Part shown: piece after piece, positions 15,557 through 21,413 of the stretch
How the letters are laid out: each line of letters opens with the position of its first letter
Numbering within the stretch: the first letter of the stretch is position 1
Source of the DNA: Candidatus Eiseniibacteriota bacterium
GTDB taxonomy: Bacteria > ARS69
Direction: 5' to 3'
Assembly (NCBI GenBank): GCA_052390515.1
Contig: JBQTGV010000073.1
Coordinates: 1 to 21,413 of the forward strand
Length of the DNA stretch: 21,413 bases
Made by a program: the position numbers and the translations under genes
The notes under the pieces: generated by a model
The model's input: the letters and a program-made list of their open reading frames with translations, nothing else
Databases searched by the model: none
What the model was told of the DNA's origin: nothing

Positions 15557-16939
15557 ATGCGCCTGGGGATCGCCGGCCTGCTCGCGTTCTGCGGCTGCGA
15601 GTCGTCGCCCCCTTCCGCCCTCGATCGCCCGAACATCGTCCTGCTGATCGCCGACGACCAGGACTTCGCCCATCTCGGATTCCAGGGCTCACCGGCGGTG
15701 CGCACTCCCGAGCTCGACCGGATCGCGCGGCAGGGAGCCGTCTTTCCCGATGCGCACCTGCCCATGTCCCGCTGCCGGCCGACGCTCGCCAGCTTCCTCT
15801 CCGGCCGCTGGCCGCACGAGACGGGGACGTACTTCGCCTACGGCGAGGGCACGCTGGATCCGGCGGGCTCCCTCCCGAGCCTCCTCCGCGACGCCGGCTA
15901 CGCCACCTTCGTAGCCGGGAAGTACTGGGAGGGTGACCCGCGCGAGATGGGCTTCACCCATGGATCGGGCAAGACGCAGAACAGCTTCGTCCGCGAAGGT
16001 CAGGAGGAACTCTTCGACTTCCTGGACGAGACCGGCGGCCGCCGCCCGCTGTTCGTGTGGTGGGCGCCGAAGCTCCCGCACACGCCGCACGATCCGCCGC
16101 ACGAGCACTTCGCTCCGTTCGCGGACGATCACGTCGTGCCGCCGCCGTGGGTCGGCCCCGACCGCGCCGACCTCTTCCGCGAGAAGGAGCGCGTGCTCTG
16201 GGCCATGATGTCGTGGCTCGACGACGCCGTCGCCGATCTTCGACGCCGCCTCGAGACGCTCGGTCTCGCGCGCCGCACGATCTGGATCTACGTGATCGAC
16301 AACGGCTGGGCGAACGGGGTCCCCTCGAAAGGCACGCCGTACGAGGCGGGCGTGCGCACGCCCATCGTCGTGGCCGGCCAGGGCGTCGCGGGGGGGCTCT
16401 TCGCCGACCTCGTCAGCACGCTCGACGTCACGCCGACGATCCTGGACTACGCCGGCATCTCCGTTCCCGCGGCTGCCGCCGGGCGAAGCCTGCGCCCGCG
16501 GATCGAGGCCGGCGCGGCCGCTTCCGCAGGTGCCGCCGCTCCCGCAGGTGCCACCGCTCCCGCCGGCGACCGGGGGATCCTCTTCGGCGCCGACTACGCC
16601 GCCTTCGCCGGAGGTCCGCAGCCCGACCCCGCCCGCGACGTCATCGCTCTCTACGCGCGCGACGGACGCTGGAAGTACATCCGCTGGATGCAGGACATCG
16701 AGGAGGGCGCGAACCTCGACCGCCTGCGCATCGTCCACGAGGCGGCCGACTTCCCGACGCGCCGCGCCGGCGATGAGGAGCTGTTCGATCTGGATGCCGA
16801 TCCGGCGGAGCGGAGCAACCTCGCGGGCGCCACCGAGCACGCCGAACGGGTCGCGCGGATGCGGGCCGCCGCGCAGGAGTGGTGGGCGAAGGCGTGCGCG
16901 GGGGCTCAGCCGGCGCCGGCGAGCCAGGCGAGCGGCTGA
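15557..16939 (+). CDS. Sulfatase (formylglycine-dependent S1 type), probable lipoprotein
   Basis: MRLGIAGLLAFCGC lipobox-like N-terminus; RPNIVLLIADD, RTPELDRIA, CRPTLASFLSG, GYATFVAGK, PHTPH, DNG, KGTPYEAGVRTP, DVTPTILD and ELFDLDADPAERSNLA motifs. Confidence 0.9.
   Translation: MRLGIAGLLAFCGCESSPPSALDRPNIVLLIADDQDFAHLGFQGSPAVRTPELDRIARQGAVFPDAHLPMSRCRPTLASFLSGRWPHETGTYFAYGEGTLDPAGSLPSLLRDAGYATFVAGKYWEGDPREMGFTHGSGKTQNSFVREGQEELFDFLDETGGRRPLFVWWAPKLPHTPHDPPHEHFAPFADDHVVPPPWVGPDRADLFREKERVLWAMMSWLDDAVADLRRRLETLGLARRTIWIYVIDNGWANGVPSKGTPYEAGVRTPIVVAGQGVAGGLFADLVSTLDVTPTILDYAGISVPAAAAGRSLRPRIEAGAAASAGAAAPAGATAPAGDRGILFGADYAAFAGGPQPDPARDVIALYARDGRWKYIRWMQDIEEGANLDRLRIVHEAADFPTRRAGDEELFDLDADPAERSNLAGATEHAERVARMRAAAQEWWAKACAGAQPAPASQASG
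16508..16567 (+). repeat. In-frame 18-bp tandem repeat (about 3.3 copies) inside the sulfatase
   Basis: GCCGGCGCGGCCGCTTCC / GCAGGTGCCGCCGCTCCC / GCAGGTGCCACCGCTCCC / GCCGGC, encoding AGAAAS-AGAAAP-AGATAP-AG. Confidence 0.85.
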
Positions 16940-18267
16940 CCCGCCGGGAGCGGGCGCATCTCCAGCAGGAAGGCGATCAGCTCGTCGTTCTCGCCGGCGC
17001 GGTGCGGGTTGAAGAACTCCCACACGATCTCGTTCGCCGGTGTCACCTCGAAGGCACGTCCGGCTTCGGTCTCGGTGATCAGCGTGTTGCCGTTCGCCAG
17101 GCGGTGGTTCGTCCCGCAGCACTCCGAATAGAAGTCGTTGGACTCGTCGCCGGAATAGGCCCAGACGACCTGCTGCGTGAGCGGGTCGATCTCCAGCACG
17201 CGGGAGCGTCCGCCGGTCGAACCGCTGTTGTCGAAGAGCAGCAGGTTGCCGTTGGGCAGGAACGTCGGGTCGTGGTTGCGGTGCGAGAAGCCGGAGAGCG
17301 CCCAGACCAGTTTGTTCTGGGCCATGTCCACGACGCCGACCACGCTGATGCGGTTGAACGAGACGAGCGCATTCCCCGCGCCGAAGGCCGGCGAGCGCGC
17401 AGCCAGCGATCCGTCCAGGATCTCCAGCGTGTTGGTGTGCAGCAGGTCGCCGGCCTCGGGCGCGCTGCCGAGGAACGGCGCGTAGTGCGACGCGCGAACC
17501 GCCTCGAGCAGGGAGTGGCGCTGCAGCTCCTCGCCGTTCGCGTCCAGCAGGCTCACGAAGTCCTCGAGCACGGGCCGCGTCGCGTGCACCTCGGGGATGA
17601 CGTGGGCTTCGCGGGTCAGCACCCAGATCTCGCCGCCGGGCATCACCTGGAAATCGTGGTGCGCGCCGTTGCGGTGCGCCCAGAGGATGTTGGAGTCCTG
17701 GTCGAGCTTGAGCAGCGCCTTGCCCTCGAAGATCACCAGGAGGTCGCCGGTCTCGTAGAGGTGCACCTTGCGGAAGTAGTGGAACGACGGCTGGTCGGCG
17801 GGTGCGGGCACTCCGGGGAAAGCCTCCTCGAAGGAGCGCCTCCAGGCATGCCGAACGACGCCGGTGCGGTCCATGAGGATGGCCATCGGCGCATGCCCCG
17901 ACGTGTAGAGGAGCATCTCCGCGCCGGCCTTCTCGCGGTCGTAGACGGTGACGCCGGTCGTCTCCGGGGCCTCCTCGTCCGCGGACAGGTACCCGAGGGC
18001 GCGGAGGCGCTCCACCTCCTCCTGCTGCAGCGAGGCGAGCTGCTCGCCACCGGCCTGCTCGGCGCGCGCCCAGTGTCCCGGCTCGGCCGCATCCTCGCCG
18101 CGCCCGGGTGCGCGGTCGGCGAGACCGAGCTTCTCGGTGAGCGAGCTCATCAGGGCGAAAGGGGGAGACCGCTTCTCGTGGACGAGGAAGCCGGCGAAGA
18201 AGCTCGCCGGGAGCGCGGCCAGCAAGGCCGCGGCGAGCACGAGGCGGCCTCCGATGCCACGACTCAT
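16906..18267 (-). CDS. Arylsulfotransferase (ASST-family beta-propeller), membrane-anchored
   Basis: N-terminal TM; AHHDF, DLLHTNTL, RNHDPTFLPNGNLLLFDN, SRVLEIDP and RLANGNTLITETEAGRAFEVTPANEIVWEF are ASST-type motifs. GGAG upstream of the ATG. Confidence 0.88.
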   Translation of the reverse strand: MSRGIGGRLVLAAALLAALPASFFAGFLVHEKRSPPFALMSSLTEKLGLADRAPGRGEDAAEPGHWARAEQAGGEQLASLQQEEVERLRALGYLSADEEAPETTGVTVYDREKAGAEMLLYTSGHAPMAILMDRTGVVRHAWRRSFEEAFPGVPAPADQPSFHYFRKVHLYETGDLLVIFEGKALLKLDQDSNILWAHRNGAHHDFQVMPGGEIWVLTREAHVIPEVHATRPVLEDFVSLLDANGEELQRHSLLEAVRASHYAPFLGSAPEAGDLLHTNTLEILDGSLAARSPAFGAGNALVSFNRISVVGVVDMAQNKLVWALSGFSHRNHDPTFLPNGNLLLFDNSGSTGGRSRVLEIDPLTQQVVWAYSGDESNDFYSECCGTNHRLANGNTLITETEAGRAFEVTPANEIVWEFFNPHRAGENDELIAFLLEMRPLPAGQPLAWLAGAG

Positions 18268-18314
18268 GGTCTCTCCGGGGTCGACCGGCGCCCCGCGGCG
18301 CGCGCGGTCGCCAC

Positions 18315-18343
18315 CCTTTACGGGATGCCCCCGCGAGTGTCAA
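18315..18343 (-). promoter_or_regulatory. Putative sigma70-type promoter for the arylsulfotransferase
   Basis: Minus strand TTGACA (18343-18338), 17 nt spacer, TAAAGG (18320-18315). Confidence 0.6.
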
Positions 18344-18461
18344 GGCGGTGGCGGCGTTGCCACTCCGCCGACCCTGTGGTGAACTGGCCGGCCGCGCGCC
18401 GCCCGCTGCCGTTCAAGCGGAGGCGCCGGAAAGCCGTCGAGTCCGGAGGGGGCGAAGCTCG

Positions 18462-21116
18462 ATGACGACGTTGCAGGGGAGCGCCGCGCTTCTCCTCGCC
18501 CGGGTGGGGGTGGTGCTGGCCGCGGGGGCGGCCGCGGCGAACGTGTTCCAGTTCGATCCGCTGGCGGTCCCGTCCCGGGAACAGCAGGTGCTGATCCTGG
18601 CCGGGCTCCTCCTCGGAGCCGGCGGGACGGCCTGGGCGATGCTCCGGGGGAGCCTCGGTCCGGGCCCCTTCGCGTCGGCCGCCGGCCGCTTCCTGCTCGT
18701 CGCCGTGCAGGTCGCGCTGCTCGTGCAGGTCATCCAGGCGTTCGAGATCGAGAGCCCGGTCTTCGCCGAGCGCGTGATCCCGCTGGCCGCACTCGGCTTC
18801 GTCGTGAACCACGTCCTGCCGGCGCGGCTTCGCCTGCCGTTCTTCGCCTGCCTCTCCCTGGTCGGGATCGGGCTCGTGTTCGGGGCGAAGCAGGCAACTT
18901 GGCTGATCGCCATCGGCGTCGGTCTGATCGGCCTGTGCGAGCTGCCGGTTCCGTTCGCCCTGCGGGTGCTGCTGGTCGTCGGCGCCGGCGCCTGCCTGGC
19001 GCTGCAGCGGGCCGGAAAGCTGCCTTCGCCGTGGTCCGGAGCCATCTGGCCGATCCTCGGCTCCATGTTCATGTTCCGGCTCGTCGTCTACCTCTACGAC
19101 CTTCGCCACCGCCGCGAGCCGTTCCATCCCTGGCGGGCCCTCTCGTACTTCTTCATGCTGCCGAACGTCGTCTTCCCGCTCTTCCCGGTGGTCGACTACG
19201 CCACGTTCCAGCGCACCTGGTACGACCGCAAGGACGCCTGCGAAATCTACCAACGCGGAATCCGCTGGATGCTGCTCGGCGTGACGCATCTCGTGATGTA
19301 CCGGGCGGTGTACCAGTACCTGACCATCTCCCCGACCGAGGTCGTCGATGCGTCGAAATTCGGCCACTACGTCACCGCGAACTTCCTGCTCTACTTCCGC
19401 GTGTCCGGCCAGTTCCACCTGATCTGCGGGATCCTGCACCTCTTCGGCTTCCACCTGCCGGAGACGCACCGCCTGTTCTTCTTCTCCTCGAGCTTCAACG
19501 ACTTCTGGCGGCGCATCAACATCTACTGGAAGGACTTCATGATGAAGGTCGTGTACTTCCCGACCTTCTTCCGGCTCCGCAAGTCCGGCGAGACGCCCGC
19601 GCTGATCGTGGCCACCGTGCTGGTCTTCTTCGTCACCTGGATCACGCACTCGTACCAGTGGTTCTGGATCCTCGGCGAATGGCTGATCTCGCTCACCGAC
19701 ATGATGTTCTGGGGGATCCTGGCGCTGGCCCTGATCGGCAACACGCTCTGGGAGATGCGCGCCGGACGGAAGCGTGCACTCGTTCCCAAGGCGCGCCCGC
19801 TCGCCGACATCGCGCTGTCCGCGCTCCGTACGGTTCTCTTCTTCGTCCTGATGAGCGTGCTCTGGTCGCTGTGGACCGCGCCCACGCTCGCCGGCTGGGG
19901 GGCGCTGGTGGGCGCGGCGGGAGCGGATCCGGCCGGCTGGCTCGTGCCGCTCGCGGTGCTGGCCGGGGCGGTGGTCGTGGTGGCGGCGGGCATGAAGCTC
20001 GGCGAGACCTGGCGCGGCAGCGGACCGTCCGCGCGGCTCCATCCCGCGTGGATCACGGTTCCCGCGCTGCTCGCGATGCTGTTGGTCACGAGCCCGCGTC
20101 TCGCCGCGCGGCTCCCGGTTCGCGGCCAGGAGTTCGTGCGGGACCTGCGCATCCCCGGTTTGAACCGCGAGGACCAGGAGCTGATGGAGCGCGGCTACTA
20201 CGAGAAGCTCACCAAGGTGAACCGCTTCAACAGCCAGCTCTGGGAGGTCTATGCAAAGAAGGGCGACAGCGCGCCGCCGCCGATCCGCCGTCCGACGGGG
20301 GATTTCCAGGGACTGGAGAACATCCCGCTGCTCGGCGTCACCTACAAGGGGCAGCCGCTGCGCACGAACCAGTGGGGGATGCGGGATCGGGACTACGATC
20401 TGGTGAAGCCGGAAGGCACCTACCGCATCGCACTCATGGGCGCGTCCTACGTGATGGGGTCGGGCGTCGGCGACGGGGAGACGTTCGAGTGGCTGCTCGA
20501 GGACCGGTTGAACCGCGAAGCGACGGCCGAGGGCAGGCCTGCGGTCGAGATCCTCAACTTCGCGGTGGGCACGCTCTCCTCCGCGCAGCAGCTCTACATG
20601 CTGCAGAAGCGCGTGCTGCCGTTCGATCCGGACGCGGTCGTGCTCGTCTCCCCGGCGACGGACGCGGACCTCTTCGCCCGGTACCTGTACCGCAGCCGCG
20701 ACGAGAACGTGGAGATTCCCTACGAGTACCTGCGCGGGATCATCGAGCGGGTGGGCATCGACTCGACGACGACGGAGGAGAGCGCGATGCAGCTGCTCTA
20801 CCCGGTGCGCACCGAGATCCTCGAGTGGGTCTACCGCGAGTTCGCCAGCGAGTGCACGAGCCGCGACGTCCTGCCGGTGTTCGTGTACCTCACGCTGCCG
20901 GGGCGCACGCCCGACGTCGAGCTGATCGAGGAGCAGATCCGTCTCGCGAAGGACTCGGGGTTCGTCACCTTCGACCTGCGCGACGTGTACGACGGCTTCG
21001 ACCCGAAGAAGCTGCAGGTGGCGTCCTGGGACTGGCACCCGAATCCGCGGGGGCACCGCATCATCGCCGAGCGCCTCCACCGCGACTTCACCGCCAGCGG
21101 GAACGTGCTGCCCTGA
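18462..21116 (+). CDS. MBOAT-family O-acyltransferase fused to a C-terminal SGNH/GDSL domain (884 aa)
   Basis: Polytopic N-terminal region with SFNDFWRRINIYWKDF and FFVTWITHSYQWFW (position of the MBOAT His). C-terminal soluble domain with TNQWGMRD, RIALMGASYVMG, ILNFAVG and DWHPNPRGH. GGAGGGGG upstream of ATG 18462. Confidence 0.85.
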   Translation: MTTLQGSAALLLARVGVVLAAGAAAANVFQFDPLAVPSREQQVLILAGLLLGAGGTAWAMLRGSLGPGPFASAAGRFLLVAVQVALLVQVIQAFEIESPVFAERVIPLAALGFVVNHVLPARLRLPFFACLSLVGIGLVFGAKQATWLIAIGVGLIGLCELPVPFALRVLLVVGAGACLALQRAGKLPSPWSGAIWPILGSMFMFRLVVYLYDLRHRREPFHPWRALSYFFMLPNVVFPLFPVVDYATFQRTWYDRKDACEIYQRGIRWMLLGVTHLVMYRAVYQYLTISPTEVVDASKFGHYVTANFLLYFRVSGQFHLICGILHLFGFHLPETHRLFFFSSSFNDFWRRINIYWKDFMMKVVYFPTFFRLRKSGETPALIVATVLVFFVTWITHSYQWFWILGEWLISLTDMMFWGILALALIGNTLWEMRAGRKRALVPKARPLADIALSALRTVLFFVLMSVLWSLWTAPTLAGWGALVGAAGADPAGWLVPLAVLAGAVVVVAAGMKLGETWRGSGPSARLHPAWITVPALLAMLLVTSPRLAARLPVRGQEFVRDLRIPGLNREDQELMERGYYEKLTKVNRFNSQLWEVYAKKGDSAPPPIRRPTGDFQGLENIPLLGVTYKGQPLRTNQWGMRDRDYDLVKPEGTYRIALMGASYVMGSGVGDGETFEWLLEDRLNREATAEGRPAVEILNFAVGTLSSAQQLYMLQKRVLPFDPDAVVLVSPATDADLFARYLYRSRDENVEIPYEYLRGIIERVGIDSTTTEESAMQLLYPVRTEILEWVYREFASECTSRDVLPVFVYLTLPGRTPDVELIEEQIRLAKDSGFVTFDLRDVYDGFDPKKLQVASWDWHPNPRGHRIIAERLHRDFTASGNVLP

Positions 21117-21122
21117 GCGCGT

Positions 21123-21413
21123 TCAGCCGCCGCGCGCGCGAACGAGCTCGCGGTTGGTGCGGTACCACGCGATCGTGCGTTCGAGCCCTTCCTCGAGGGA
21201 CGTGACCGGTCTCCAGCCGAGAATCCGCGCCGCCTTCTCGATCGAGAGGCGACGCTCGCGCGCCTCGCCCTCGCGGTGCGGCAGCGCGCCGAACTGGAGC
21301 TTCGCGCGGGAGCCCGTGAGCCGGAGCACGGTCTCCGCCACCTCGCGAAGGGGCACGCTCCGGCCGCTGCCGGCGTTCAGGATCTCGCCGCCGGCGGATT
21401 CGACGACGGCGGC
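21123..21413 (-). CDS. NAD-dependent epimerase/dehydratase (nucleotide-sugar), C-terminal part; start outside window
   Basis: Frame open to window end: GEILNAGSG...LREVAE...SIEKAARILGWRPVTSLEEGLERTIAWY, the typical extended-SDR C-terminus. Confidence 0.9.
   Translation of the reverse strand, partial: AAVVESAGGEILNAGSGRSVPLREVAETVLRLTGSRAKLQFGALPHREGEARERRLSIEKAARILGWRPVTSLEEGLERTIAWYRTNRELVRARGG

Noticed and set aside
14968-15673. ORFs 14968-15360, 15072-15647 and 15350-15673
   Set aside because: They overlap tRNA-Gly or the sulfatase start, have low-complexity composition and show no motifs.
18318-21080. 920-aa antisense ORF opposite the MBOAT-SGNH gene, and similar long shadow ORFs (1549-3645, 2625-4490, 5538-7067, 9959-11617, 12064-14061, 15689-18343, 16879-18465, 18899-21205)
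   Set aside because: Stop codons are rare off-frame at this GC content. The products are Arg/Pro/Ala-rich or mirror the codon bias of the real gene and show no family motifs.
15125-21413. Integrative element or prophage inserted at tRNA-Gly
   Set aside because: No integrase or phage genes and no downstream duplicate of the tRNA 3' end were seen within the window. Codon style stays GC3-rich like the core genes.

Overview
Very GC-rich bacterial chromosomal window. A PorV/UPF0164-type beta-barrel and a LapA/LapB pair point to a diderm, possibly FCB-group-related lineage (inference only). The left part is housekeeping: the glnS 3' end overlapped antisense by a tRNA-Gln(CTG)/tRNA-Glu(CTC) pair, a STAS anti-anti-sigma factor, a cyclophilin, a TPR protein, a degenerate alkaline-phosphatase-superfamily membrane protein, a PfkB kinase and the PorV-like protein. 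Next is a fully start/stop-coupled operon miaB-lapA-lapB-like-TPR/SPOR-mutS-mutL-miaA, then a 32-bp inverted-repeat element with an 8-bp flanking duplication, then tRNA-Gly(CCC). The right part is an accessory envelope-modification cluster: a lipoprotein sulfatase with a CRPTL motif, a membrane-anchored arylsulfotransferase carrying an N-terminal ERLRALGY motif, a single-chain MBOAT-SGNH acyltransferase fusion, and the 3' end of an NAD-dependent epimerase. The most interesting candidate system is this right-hand cluster, where both transferases carry a tethered Gly-Tyr motif between membrane anchor and catalytic domain that might act as a covalent acyl/sulfuryl relay (hypothesis). Start codons were chosen by eye; no database searches were run.
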